A stretch of DNA of 61,087 nt, counting the filler. It is 3 parts of 3 records of this genome, joined end to end, with 100 filler letters (N's around TTAATTAATTAA, not from the genome) between each part and the next. Parts side by side here need not be neighbours in the genome. Positions count along the whole stretch, not along the records: positions 5,401 to 30,702 come from SRR20825006_2459; 2 more parts are not named here. One strand, written 5' to 3'. The stretch's first letter is position 1, and every line of letters begins with the position of its first letter. Below are positions 9,423 through 19,651 of this stretch, in pieces. The notes under the pieces are model-generated. The model did not search any database, was not told the origin of the DNA, and was given only the letters and a program-made list of their open reading frames with translations. Made by a program: the position numbers and the translations under genes.

Positions 9423-10409
9423 ATGGACATATCCAAAGAGGATATCAAATGCGTTCGAAAGCTTTCGGGGGAATTGGATACGGATCAGGACAGATCCATG
9501 TTTGAAGTGAACCTACTGCTGGATGATGATTTACACGAACGTTTTCAAGATTATGAGTTATTGTGGGACTGCTATCCAAAACCTTCCCTTCCGCTTAGAA
9601 AAGAGCACTTCGCTAAACGCGTCATGGAAGAAATTTCAGAAGCCCCAAAACCTAAACTCATTTTTCTGTCCACTAAACTTAAAGCGGTGATTGCGGTCGC
9701 AGCTGCTGTTCTGGTTGCTTTTGGAGTGTATTTGTTTACACAGGATAATGAACCTAGGTACACCAATCATATCATAGCTCTTGAAGGAGAAAGGAAACAC
9801 GTTACCCTCCCAGACGGATCGTCGGTCACAGTAAATGCCAATTCAGAACTTAAATACCCCGAGGTTTTCACGGATGATAAGCGGGATGTTTGGATGTCCG
9901 GGGAGGTGTATTTTAATATTGTGGAGGATGCTGATCGGCCTTTTAGTGTAGGTGCAAGCGGATTTGAAGTGAAGGTATTGGGAACCAAGTTCAATGTAAA
10001 TACCAAAGGAATGTCAAAAATAGTGTCTCTGGAAAGTGGCAAGGTACAGGTGACATTGGAAAATTCCGGTGATAAAATCCAATTAAGGCCAAACGAAGAA
10101 CTTTCTTGGAGTATGGAAAGTGGAGAAGTGGTAAAGCGCAATTTTGATGTATCCAAGACCACGGCGTGGAAAGACAATATTCTTTTACTGCATGATCTCA
10201 CTTTGGAAGAAGCGTTACTTCCCATCAATGAATTTTACGGTACAACATTTACTGTTTCCGATAGTGTTGTAGCGAACAAGAGGATCAATGCAGCCTTTGA
10301 GGACCAGGATTTAGATCAGTTCGTTCAAACTTTGGAATTTATTGCTGACGTGAAGATTTCGAAGCAGTCATCAAAAAAATTTACAATAGCCCCCAGTGAT
10401 GAAAAGTAA
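9423..10409 (+). CDS. FecR-family anti-sigma factor
   Basis: TM segment, then TLPDGSSVTVNANSELKYP, GEVYF, VKVLGTKFNV and AWKD. Confidence 0.93.
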   Translation: MDISKEDIKCVRKLSGELDTDQDRSMFEVNLLLDDDLHERFQDYELLWDCYPKPSLPLRKEHFAKRVMEEISEAPKPKLIFLSTKLKAVIAVAAAVLVAFGVYLFTQDNEPRYTNHIIALEGERKHVTLPDGSSVTVNANSELKYPEVFTDDKRDVWMSGEVYFNIVEDADRPFSVGASGFEVKVLGTKFNVNTKGMSKIVSLESGKVQVTLENSGDKIQLRPNEELSWSMESGEVVKRNFDVSKTTAWKDNILLLHDLTLEEALLPINEFYGTTFTVSDSVVANKRINAAFEDQDLDQFVQTLEFIADVKISKQSSKKFTIAPSDEK

Positions 10410-10989
10410 AGCTTCCACATACAAGGAATTGAACCAAAAATCAGATTTGGAACTCTTTCAGTTAATCAAACAAAGGGAAAAAGGGGCCTTGGAGGCTGTT
10501 TTTAATAGGTACTATGAAAGCCTATGTCGTTTTGGAATCGCTTATGAAAATGATTTGGATGTGGTCCAGGAAAAGGTTTCCGATGTATTTATCCAATTGT
10601 GGAATTCCCATGATCGCATCCATGAGATCCAAAAGCCAAAACCCTATCTCTATGTAGTGGTCAAAAACAAACTTATGGAGCCGGTTTCGTACCAAAAACT
10701 CAAGCAAACCTTGGATAAGGGAGTAGAGGATGAATATTCCACTAGCCCAAGTATCGAACAAGAAATTATAGATCAAGAACAAAGGGAAATGTACGTTCGG
10801 AAGATACAGGAAATCTTGGACCAGATTCCCAAAAAGTCCCGCCAAATCTTTGAAATGAGCAGGTTGGATGAACTAAAGTACAAGGAAATCTCAGAGATTC
10901 TGGGAGTGTCCATTAAGACTGTAGAGAGCCATATGGCCATAGCCCTCAGGACCATTAGAAATATGGTAGTGAAGAACAAACAATTTTAA
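10399..10989 (+). CDS. ECF RNA polymerase sigma-70 factor
   Basis: VSDVFIQLW (region 2); LKYKEISEILGVSIKTVESHMAIAL (region 4). Confidence 0.95.
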   Translation: MKSKASTYKELNQKSDLELFQLIKQREKGALEAVFNRYYESLCRFGIAYENDLDVVQEKVSDVFIQLWNSHDRIHEIQKPKPYLYVVVKNKLMEPVSYQKLKQTLDKGVEDEYSTSPSIEQEIIDQEQREMYVRKIQEILDQIPKKSRQIFEMSRLDELKYKEISEILGVSIKTVESHMAIALRTIRNMVVKNKQF

Positions 10990-11085
10990 CCCCGTAAAAA
11001 AGTGTATGACAAAACTGAGCTTCTAAACCTTCATCAAAAAACTAAAAAAATTAGTGAGAACCAATATTAAACTACTCTTTCAAAA

Positions 11086-14000
11086 ATGAAAAAATTAAAC
11101 CTCTTAGCATTGCTATTGTGTTTGCCTTTGTTAGGTCGAGCGGCTGTCGTTCCCATATCGGCGAACGTTATGGTAAACACCCAAAATTTTAAGATCATTA
11201 ACCTAAACCTTAAAAGTGTTGCTCTGGAAAAGGTGTTCGACCTTATTGAAAAGCAAACAGGTAAAAGATTTATTTATGCGGCCGATGCACAATATCTGCA
11301 ACAGCGCATTAGTATCGATGCCAACAAAGTAAACTTGGAATCTGTGTTGGAAGACCTTAAAAGTAAGGCCAATGTAGACTTTAAAGTGACCGAGCAAGGT
11401 GTTCTTGTAAAATTTATCCAAGAACAACGTAGTATTTCCGGTAAAGTTATCGATGAGGCCGGAGCACCCATACCAGGTGCCAACGTTTTTGTTGATGGTA
11501 CGGATTATGGTACGGTTTCAGATTTTGACGGAAACTTTAGCTTCGATATTCCATCCAACTTTAAACTATTGTCCGTTACCTATATTGGCTATCAAAGACA
11601 GGATGTAGACATTGAACAACTGAACAATGTTACCGTTACGCTGCTTGAAAGTGCCTCCCAATTGGATGAAATTGTAGTGGTCGGATACGGTACCGAGGCC
11701 AGAAGAAATATTACAGGTGCCATTGCATCTGTTGCGCCGGAAGAAATTGTGACCCAGCCAAAAGCCAACGTTGTTGAAATGTTGGATGGTCGCTTGCCCG
11801 GGGTTCAAGTGATGAGTGATAATTCTCCAGGAGGTGGAACTTCGATTCGAGTTCGTGGTTTTAGTACCATCAACAGTAATGATCCATTGGTGATCATTGA
11901 TGGTATCCCAGCTTCCAATGGACTTAATGGTATCAACCCTTCCGATATCGAGACCATCCAAGTATTGAAAGATGCTGCCTCTGCTTCTATTTATGGATCT
12001 CGAGCAGCGAACGGGGTGGTGATCATTACCACTAAGAGTGGCTCGGATACCGGTGGGGAATATGTGGTTTCCTTTGATGGCTACGCGGGTCTCCAGTCGA
12101 CCTATAATTTGCCTAGAATGTTGAATGCCCAACAATATGGTGACCTATTGTGGGAGGCAACGATCAACGATGGTGGTACCCCTTCCCATGATATTTATGG
12201 GAACGATCCAACTCAGGCGGTAATTCCACAATGGTTGGATGCGGACCAAACCATTCCCAGTGACGATGTGGATTGGGTGAATGAAATCATGCAAACTGCC
12301 CAAATTCAATCGTACAATGTGTCTTTGGCCAAAGGAGATTCCAAAAGTCAAAACATGTTCTCATTGGGGTATTTCAACCAAGAAGGTTTGATCAAATACA
12401 CTGGTTTTGAAAGATACTCGGCAAGATTCAACTCTTCTTATAATATTGGTGATTTCCTTACCATTGGTGAAAATTTTACGGCCAACTATAAGGAGCAGGT
12501 TTCCGTTGGGACCAACGCCGCTTTGGGTAGTGTGATTCTTACCGCCATGCAATTTCCATCAATCGTCCCAGTAAAGGATATCAACGGGGCATATGCAGGG
12601 AACCCGATCAACGATAGTAACAACCCTATGGGACAGTTGTCCAGAAACAAGGACAACAAACAAAAAAGGGTTCAAGCTTTGGGTAATGTGTTTGCAAATC
12701 TATATGTAGGCGATTTTACCTTTAAAACTTCCTTTGGATTGGATTACCAAAACTATAATATCAGAAGTTTTTCACCTACTTACGACGAGATATTGTCTAC
12801 CAACAATACCAACTCCTTATCAACGTCCAACAGCTTCAACTATCAGTTCTCATTTACCAATACATTGAACTATAAAAAGCAATTTGGGAAACATCATCTG
12901 GATGCCATCGTAGGTCAGGAATCCATAGAGTACAATTACGAAGGTTTTAGTGCATCTGTAAGTGAATTTTTGTACGAGGATTTAAACTTCAGATACCTAA
13001 GCTTTGGTACCGAGAACATGTTGAATTCGGGGAGTGCCAATGGATGGTCTTTGAACTCTTACTTTGGAAGGGTGAACTATAACTTTGACGAAAAATACCT
13101 TTTTACCGCTACGGTAAGACGTGACGGTAGTTCCAGGTTCAGTGAGGATAACAGGTGGGGTACGTTCCCAGCATTTTCATTGGGATGGAGATTAAATCGC
13201 GAGGATTTCTTTAATCCTGATGGAGCCATTTCTTCCTTGATGCTGCGTGGTAGCTGGGGTCAAACCGGTAACCAAGAGATTTCCAATTATGCTACAGTGG
13301 ATAGTTACCGGAACAACAACGCCAACTCCAACTATGCCATCGATGGTGCACAAGAAGCAGTTTATATCGGATTGACCCAATCCCGAATTCCAAATGCAGA
13401 TTTGAAATGGGAAACTACCACCCAAACCTCTTTTGGTGTGGATATGGGACTTTGGGATGATCGTTTGAACATTACCGCCGATTATTACATTAAAAATACG
13501 GACGATATCTTGGTATACAACACCGTTCCATTGACGTACGGTGGTACCAATGACGGACAGTGGGTGAACGATGGTAAAATGAAAAACACGGGTTTTGAAT
13601 TGGACATCAACTATAACGATAGGGTAGGTGATTTTGGCTATAGTATTGGATTGAACCTAACAGGGTCTAAAAACGAGCTTACCGAGTTGACGACCTCTGA
13701 TTACTTGGGTATTCCGAGTTCATCATTGCACAGCGTAAACTTTGATCAAGAAATTTCAAGAAGTGCAGTAGGTCAGCCCATAGCTTCTTTCTATGGTTAT
13801 GTTGCGGATGGTTTGTTCCAAAGTCAAGCAGAAGTGGATAGCTATGGCATGCAACCCAATGCACAACCTGGAGACATTCGATTTAAAGATGTTGATGGTG
13901 ATGGTGATGTAGATGCGGATGATAGAACTTTTATCGGTTCGCCACACCCCGATGTAATGTTGGGTCTTAACCTGCAATTCAACTATAAAGCTTTCGATCT

Positions 14001-14454
14001 AGGGATTTTGTTCAATGGTAGTTTTGGGAATGATACCTATAACTTCACCAAATACAAAAACCATTTCTTTAACCAAGCTGCATACAACAAAGAAAATGTA
14101 TTGTTGAACGCTTGGTCAGAAAGTAATACAGGTAGCAGTATCCCAAGATTGTCCTTGGATGATCCAAACAACAACATTCGTCCTTCAACTTACTACGTTG
14201 AAAACGGATCTTATGTTCGTTTGACAAACCTACAGCTGGGATATTCCATCGATCCAGAACTTATGGGCGGAATGAACCTTAGGATTTACGTTCAGGCAAG
14301 TAACCTTTTCACTATAACCGATTACAGTGGAATGAACCCACAAGTCGGACTTCAGAACTATGGCGGTAGTAACCGAAACCTCGATATCGGTATCGACCGA
14401 GGATTGTATCCCCCGAGCAGGACTTTTGTGATCGGATGTAACTTAAAACTTTAA
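11086..14454 (+). CDS. susC: SusC/RagA TonB-dependent transporter with N-terminal STN signalling domain
   Basis: N-terminal extension before the CarboxypepD-like domain; DIETIQVLKDAASASIYGSRAANGVVIITTK; LKWETT; C-terminal YPPSRTF. Confidence 0.97.
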   Translation: MKKLNLLALLLCLPLLGRAAVVPISANVMVNTQNFKIINLNLKSVALEKVFDLIEKQTGKRFIYAADAQYLQQRISIDANKVNLESVLEDLKSKANVDFKVTEQGVLVKFIQEQRSISGKVIDEAGAPIPGANVFVDGTDYGTVSDFDGNFSFDIPSNFKLLSVTYIGYQRQDVDIEQLNNVTVTLLESASQLDEIVVVGYGTEARRNITGAIASVAPEEIVTQPKANVVEMLDGRLPGVQVMSDNSPGGGTSIRVRGFSTINSNDPLVIIDGIPASNGLNGINPSDIETIQVLKDAASASIYGSRAANGVVIITTKSGSDTGGEYVVSFDGYAGLQSTYNLPRMLNAQQYGDLLWEATINDGGTPSHDIYGNDPTQAVIPQWLDADQTIPSDDVDWVNEIMQTAQIQSYNVSLAKGDSKSQNMFSLGYFNQEGLIKYTGFERYSARFNSSYNIGDFLTIGENFTANYKEQVSVGTNAALGSVILTAMQFPSIVPVKDINGAYAGNPINDSNNPMGQLSRNKDNKQKRVQALGNVFANLYVGDFTFKTSFGLDYQNYNIRSFSPTYDEILSTNNTNSLSTSNSFNYQFSFTNTLNYKKQFGKHHLDAIVGQESIEYNYEGFSASVSEFLYEDLNFRYLSFGTENMLNSGSANGWSLNSYFGRVNYNFDEKYLFTATVRRDGSSRFSEDNRWGTFPAFSLGWRLNREDFFNPDGAISSLMLRGSWGQTGNQEISNYATVDSYRNNNANSNYAIDGAQEAVYIGLTQSRIPNADLKWETTTQTSFGVDMGLWDDRLNITADYYIKNTDDILVYNTVPLTYGGTNDGQWVNDGKMKNTGFELDINYNDRVGDFGYSIGLNLTGSKNELTELTTSDYLGIPSSSLHSVNFDQEISRSAVGQPIASFYGYVADGLFQSQAEVDSYGMQPNAQPGDIRFKDVDGDGDVDADDRTFIGSPHPDVMLGLNLQFNYKAFDLGILFNGSFGNDTYNFTKYKNHFFNQAAYNKENVLLNAWSESNTGSSIPRLSLDDPNNNIRPSTYYVENGSYVRLTNLQLGYSIDPELMGGMNLRIYVQASNLFTITDYSGMNPQVGLQNYGGSNRNLDIGIDRGLYPPSRTFVIGCNLKL

Positions 14455-14461
14455 AAAAACC

Positions 14462-16138
14462 ATGAAAAACATATTGAAAATAAATTCAAAATATATAATG
14501 GTAGGTGCTGCGATGGCACTTACGGTCTTGGGTTCTTGTTCCAAGGACTTTCTAGAGGAAGTTACCTATGGAGAAGTTGCCCCTGATGAAATGACAAAAG
14601 CAGAGAATGTGGAAAAAGCCATTATTTCTGCATATAGTGTGTTGAACGGTCAGATAGATGGTGCTAGTAATGCTTACAATTCCCCGGCTTCCAATTGGAG
14701 TTTTGGAGACGTAGTATCGGATGACTGTTACAAAGGAGGTGGAGGTACCGGTGACCAAAGCCAAATCCATCAAATGGAACTGTACAACACTACACCTACC
14801 ACCTATGATGTAGAACGAAAATGGATGGCGTTGTACGAAGGGGTAAAGCGTACCAATGAGGCCATGAAATTGTTGAACGCCTCAGAGGATTTCGATGCAA
14901 CCTTAAAAACTCAACGAACTGCTGAACTTAGATTCATACGAGGTCACTATTATTTTGAGCTTAAAAAAATCTATGATCAAATTCCATATATCGATGAAAC
15001 TGCGGAAACTGTTTCTGATTATGCGCGTTCCAATACCGAATTTACTTCTGCAGAGATTTGGGCCAAAATAGAGGCTGATTTTCAAGCCGCTTACGATGCT
15101 TTGCCAAGCAGTCAAGAAGAGATAGGTAGACCTACCAATCTTGCGGCAATGGCATATTTGGCCAAGACGTATCTTTTTCAAGAAAAATGGCAAGCCGCTT
15201 TCGATGCTACAACTGTTGTAATGGGGGGTAGCTACGAATTGATGGATGATTTCCAATCGGTTTTCTTACCAGAAAATGACAATGGTTCAGAAGTGCTTTT
15301 TGCCGTGCAGTATTCGGTGAATGATGGGCAAGGAAGTAACTACAACGGTAGTATTGGTGACCGTTTGACCGCTCCCGGAGGGCCTTATTACTCTCAATAT
15401 GGTTTCCACCGTCCATCACAGAACTTGGTAAATGCTTTTAAAACAGATGCCTCTGGGCTTCCGGTTAACGACAATGTTGATGTGACCGAAACTGATTTTG
15501 TAGATCCCCGTTTGGATATTACCATTGGTAGACCAGGTATTCCTTACAAAGACCTAAACGTTATTTATGAGGCCAGCTGGGCAAGGGATTTGGCGACCTA
15601 TGGTCCTTTTGGACCTAAAAAGCGAATCCTCTCAGCAAATTCCCCTTACCACGTAACTGTTTGGCCGTATGTCGATGCGTTGAACTATTACATCATCCGT
15701 TATGCTGAGGTATTATTGTGGAGAGCGGAAGCCGCCGTTGAATTGGGTAATTTGGAGGAAGCTAGGTCTTTAGTGAACCAAATTCGTGAGCGTGCAGCCA
15801 ATTCCCAATATGTACAAACATTGGATGGGTCAAGTGATGCTGCCAACTACAACATCGGAACTTACGATACGGCTTGGACCGATGCCACTGATGCAATGGA
15901 GAAAGTCCGTATGGAGTCACGCTTGGAACTTGCCATGGAAGGACACCGTTTCTTCAATTTGGTGCGTTGGGGCATCGCCAAAGAGGTGATTGATGATTAT
16001 TTAGAGGTGGAAAGAACCAGAAGAACCCACTTGACCAATGCAGTCTTTACCCTAGGTAAAAATGAGTACTGGCCAATTCCACAAGAATATATTGACAGTG
16101 TTGACGAGGGTCTGGTAACCCAGAACAACGGATACTAA
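14462..16138 (+). CDS. susD: SusD/RagB lipoprotein
   Basis: Lipobox LGSC; AELRFIRGHYYF, IIRYAEVLL, RLELAMEGHRFFNLVRWG, WPIPQ and QNNGY. Confidence 0.96.
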   Translation: MKNILKINSKYIMVGAAMALTVLGSCSKDFLEEVTYGEVAPDEMTKAENVEKAIISAYSVLNGQIDGASNAYNSPASNWSFGDVVSDDCYKGGGGTGDQSQIHQMELYNTTPTTYDVERKWMALYEGVKRTNEAMKLLNASEDFDATLKTQRTAELRFIRGHYYFELKKIYDQIPYIDETAETVSDYARSNTEFTSAEIWAKIEADFQAAYDALPSSQEEIGRPTNLAAMAYLAKTYLFQEKWQAAFDATTVVMGGSYELMDDFQSVFLPENDNGSEVLFAVQYSVNDGQGSNYNGSIGDRLTAPGGPYYSQYGFHRPSQNLVNAFKTDASGLPVNDNVDVTETDFVDPRLDITIGRPGIPYKDLNVIYEASWARDLATYGPFGPKKRILSANSPYHVTVWPYVDALNYYIIRYAEVLLWRAEAAVELGNLEEARSLVNQIRERAANSQYVQTLDGSSDAANYNIGTYDTAWTDATDAMEKVRMESRLELAMEGHRFFNLVRWGIAKEVIDDYLEVERTRRTHLTNAVFTLGKNEYWPIPQEYIDSVDEGLVTQNNGY

Positions 16139-16154
16139 CTAAAATTTTAATCAT

Positions 16155-16182
16155 AAGGGCGGCTTCAATAGCCGCCCTTTTT
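16155..16182 (+). terminator. Hairpin after susD (partial terminator or mRNA-stabilising stem)
   Basis: AAGGGCGGCT-tcaat-AGCCGCCCTT followed by Ts. Confidence 0.7.
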
Positions 16183-16194
16183 AAAATCAACAGC

Positions 16195-17430
16195 ATGAAA
16201 AAACTACTTCTTTTTTCATGGGTTATGGGTTGTGCTTTTATTTCTCGAGCTCAAACTATAACTCAAGATCATCCCAACATAACCCAAGAGGGGCTACAAG
16301 CAAAAAATTTCTATTTGTTTTCGGTATTGGAAAACAATGCGGGGATCATGAATCTTCTAAAAACGGATAAGCAATTGAAATCCTACTGGGATAAAATGAC
16401 AATTCCCATGGAAACCTTGCCCCAAAATGGTAAGGAAATCATAACTCCATTTTTATGGTCGGAAAGTGATATCCAAACCATTGGAAACCGATTGGTGGAT
16501 TTGTCCAAGGGCAATGCTGACTTTAAGGGCCTTATCAAAAAGCTAAGGGATTCCAACCAATATGCAAATTTTGAACGGGCTTCTGATGATGAATATCTCT
16601 ATGACATATGGGAACAATGTGCCAAAGGATTGGATACGGTGTTGGAAGTTTACGGGGCAGGGAAAATGCCATTTTATAAAAATATTGATTCGGTTTCTTT
16701 TGATGCCAAATCGAAAAGATACCTCTATGCGGTTGCTACATTAAAGACACTGGCCATTGATGATGCCCAAGAGGAACAATTGTTCTTTCAACCAAGCTTA
16801 TATCTTGCCTTAAACTTGTTGTATGCCAACCATAAGGACGAAGCTGTTCGTTATGATCCATTGGACAAAAAAGAGAATGTCAAAGCTGTTCAAACCATAA
16901 AAAACACAGATTTTAAGTCTTATCCCTATGCATCCATTGTGGTTTTGGGAGGCGGTCCCGAAAATTATCGGGATAAACTTTCCATTGCGGGAAAGGTGAA
17001 CCTTCAATTGGCCATGAAAGAATACCGAGCCAAAAAAGCACCTTTTATAATTGTTTCAGGAGGTCATGTACATCCGTATATGACGCCTTACTGTGAGGCC
17101 GTGGAAATGAAACAAGCACTTATGGAGGAATATGGAGTTCCCGAAGAGTACATCATCATCGAACCTTATGCAAGACACACTACGACCAATATGCGAAATG
17201 CAACCCGATTAATGGTGGAATACGGGATTCCATTGGAACAAAAGAGCTTGGTGGTGACGAATCCTTCACATAGTGATTACACGGGGAGTGAAACGTTTAA
17301 AAGACGTTGTCAGGAAGAATTGGGCTATCAACCTGTAAATTTCCATGAGAGACTATCCCCAACTACCCTTGAATTTACAGGAAACAAAGTTTCATTCCAC
17401 CAAAATCCAAACCAACCCTTAGACCCATAA
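16195..17430 (+). CDS. Secreted YdcF/ElyC/SanA (DUF218) family protein with long N-terminal extension
   Basis: Signal peptide; C-terminal SIVVLGGG, IIVSGGHVHP...EA and EPYARHTTTN motifs. Confidence 0.85.
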   Translation: MKKLLLFSWVMGCAFISRAQTITQDHPNITQEGLQAKNFYLFSVLENNAGIMNLLKTDKQLKSYWDKMTIPMETLPQNGKEIITPFLWSESDIQTIGNRLVDLSKGNADFKGLIKKLRDSNQYANFERASDDEYLYDIWEQCAKGLDTVLEVYGAGKMPFYKNIDSVSFDAKSKRYLYAVATLKTLAIDDAQEEQLFFQPSLYLALNLLYANHKDEAVRYDPLDKKENVKAVQTIKNTDFKSYPYASIVVLGGGPENYRDKLSIAGKVNLQLAMKEYRAKKAPFIIVSGGHVHPYMTPYCEAVEMKQALMEEYGVPEEYIIIEPYARHTTTNMRNATRLMVEYGIPLEQKSLVVTNPSHSDYTGSETFKRRCQEELGYQPVNFHERLSPTTLEFTGNKVSFHQNPNQPLDP

Positions 17431-17434
17431 TGGT

Positions 17435-19522
17435 ATGAAAAAGTATGGTTTGTGTATTCCAATGGTGCTGCTGTTTTTCGCTTGTCAACAAAGGAAGGCT
17501 AAAAATGAGGTTGACTTAGTCAAATCCCCAAGTGAACAAGTGAACGGTTTTCTGGGCACCTCCGGAGATCATGGGCAAATGTCCCCGGCAGCGGCTTCTC
17601 CATTTAATATGATATCCATTGGCCCCGTGACCCATCCTGGCACACATACAGGCTATGATTACTATGCAAAGGAATTTTTAGGTTTTGTCCATACCCATAT
17701 TGAAGGTGTTGGTTGTAGAGGCGGGGGAGGTAACATTTTGGTAAAGCCTATTGGAAATGAAGAAGTGGATGAAAAATTGCTGAAGAAGCATGAGTCCGCC
17801 AAACCCGGTTATTACAAAGCCACCTTTGAAAATGGAATAAGTGCCGAAATGGCTACCGACCATAATTATGGGGTGCATCAATATCATTTTCCGGAATCGG
17901 GAAAAATGTTGAAAGTAGATTTGGCCTATGCCTTTTTAAATCGGTTCGAAGAAGCACAACACACTGCTGTTGGGAATACGATAAAAGGTTGGGTAGATAC
18001 CAAAACAGTTTGTGATAGGGGTAGGTACAGACTCTATTTTTATATGGAGTTTGACCATGTTTCCACTATTTCAAAATCACAAAAGGACAGCTATGTAATT
18101 TATGGCACAGGCAATCCAACAATAGGGTTGAAAATTGGTTTCTCTTCTGTAAATGAGGAGTTCGCCAAAACTAGGGTGGTCAATGGGGGTAGTTTGTCCA
18201 AAACCATTGAAAAGAGCACATTGGCTTGGAATGCCCTTTTGGGGCATGCAAAAGTGGAAGGAGAAGCAGATAGGGTAGCACTTTTTTATTCGTTGTTGTA
18301 TCGAGGCCTTCAATCTCCTTATGTAGTCTCGGAACCGGATGGAAGTTATAAGGCGATTGATGGAACAATTCAAAAATCCAAGGATTCTGTCTACCATGGA
18401 TGGGCTATTTGGGACAATTACAGGGAACAAATGCCTTTATTGTCGCTGCTGTATCCCCAAAAATATGGCGACATCGCAAGATCAATTGCCAATTTATATC
18501 TCTATGGTAAAAATGATTGGTCCACCCAATTTGAGCCCTCCAATTCAGTTCGCACGGAACATGCACAAGTGGTGCTTTTGGATGCTTTGGAGAAGGGGCA
18601 CGAGCTTCCTTTGATAAAAATAAAGGACTCTTTGATCAAGGAAATCGAAAAGTTGGATTTTGGTTCGCCCGACAAAGCTTTGGAATCTTCCTATGATCTA
18701 TGGGCAAGTTCCAAATTGATGTTGTCAATAGGGGATACCATGCTGGCCAACGAGTACCTAAATAAGGCTTTGGACTACAAAACTTATTGGGAAAAGGACT
18801 TTTCCGATATGGCTTGGCCCGATGTGGACCGCATGGGTGCCAGAGGATTGTATCAAGGTACGCTTTGGCAATACCGTTGGTTTGTACCTTTTGATATTGA
18901 GGGACTCCAGAGTTTGGCCGGTGGCGAGAGTGCTTTCAGGGAACAATTGGACCAATTTTTTGAAGAGAACAACTATAATCACGCCAACCAGCCCGATCTT
19001 CAGGTACCTGGACTTTACAACGCCACCAAAGAACCTTGGAAATCCCAACAACTCTATCGAGAACTTATGCTGGATACTGTGGTTCAAGCGTATTTCAATA
19101 ATAACAGCAAAGGTATCGACCCCTATATAGGTCGCATTTATAACAATAGCCCTCGGGCGTATTTAAAAACCATGGATGATGATATGGGCACCATGTCGTC
19201 TTGGTTTGTGCTAAGGGCCATGGGATTCTCTGCGGTGAATGTTGGGGAACCTGTATACTATGTAACAGCTCCCATTTTTAAGGAGGTGGAATTGAACTGG
19301 TCTTCACAAAAATCATTCAAAATTCAGGTTTCTAATTACCACAAGGATCATTTTTATATCAAATCTGTTCAGTTGAATGGAAAACCCTTACTGCGAAATT
19401 GGTTGACCCACCAGGAGATAATGAATGGTGGGGAATTGATTGTGGAAACTGATAGTGTTCCAAATCTGAATTGGGGAACAGAAAATCAATTTTTGACCAA
19501 AGTTAGCATAGAAAAAGATTGA
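17435..19522 (+). CDS. GH92 alpha-mannosidase lipoprotein, Gln-type (probable mannose-1-phosphodiester mannosidase)
   Basis: Lipobox FFAC; GWAIWDNYR, VRTE, LYQGTLWQYRWFVPFD, NHANQPD and MDDDMGTMSSWFV. Confidence 0.88.
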   Translation: MKKYGLCIPMVLLFFACQQRKAKNEVDLVKSPSEQVNGFLGTSGDHGQMSPAAASPFNMISIGPVTHPGTHTGYDYYAKEFLGFVHTHIEGVGCRGGGGNILVKPIGNEEVDEKLLKKHESAKPGYYKATFENGISAEMATDHNYGVHQYHFPESGKMLKVDLAYAFLNRFEEAQHTAVGNTIKGWVDTKTVCDRGRYRLYFYMEFDHVSTISKSQKDSYVIYGTGNPTIGLKIGFSSVNEEFAKTRVVNGGSLSKTIEKSTLAWNALLGHAKVEGEADRVALFYSLLYRGLQSPYVVSEPDGSYKAIDGTIQKSKDSVYHGWAIWDNYREQMPLLSLLYPQKYGDIARSIANLYLYGKNDWSTQFEPSNSVRTEHAQVVLLDALEKGHELPLIKIKDSLIKEIEKLDFGSPDKALESSYDLWASSKLMLSIGDTMLANEYLNKALDYKTYWEKDFSDMAWPDVDRMGARGLYQGTLWQYRWFVPFDIEGLQSLAGGESAFREQLDQFFEENNYNHANQPDLQVPGLYNATKEPWKSQQLYRELMLDTVVQAYFNNNSKGIDPYIGRIYNNSPRAYLKTMDDDMGTMSSWFVLRAMGFSAVNVGEPVYYVTAPIFKEVELNWSSQKSFKIQVSNYHKDHFYIKSVQLNGKPLLRNWLTHQEIMNGGELIVETDSVPNLNWGTENQFLTKVSIEKD

Positions 19523-19586
19523 CCATAACTTAACATATAAAAGATAAACAGTTCAATTCAGTTTGTTTATTTTTTTGATTGTGAGT

Positions 19587-19620
19587 AAGGTGCAGCCATA
19601 TTTGGGCTGCACCTTGTTTT
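19587..19620 (+). terminator. Intrinsic terminator-like hairpin
   Basis: AAGGTGCAGCC-atatttg-GGCTGCACCTT-gtttt. Confidence 0.7.
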
Positions 19621-19651
19621 AATTTAAAATAGATTTTTAAAAAACTTAAAG

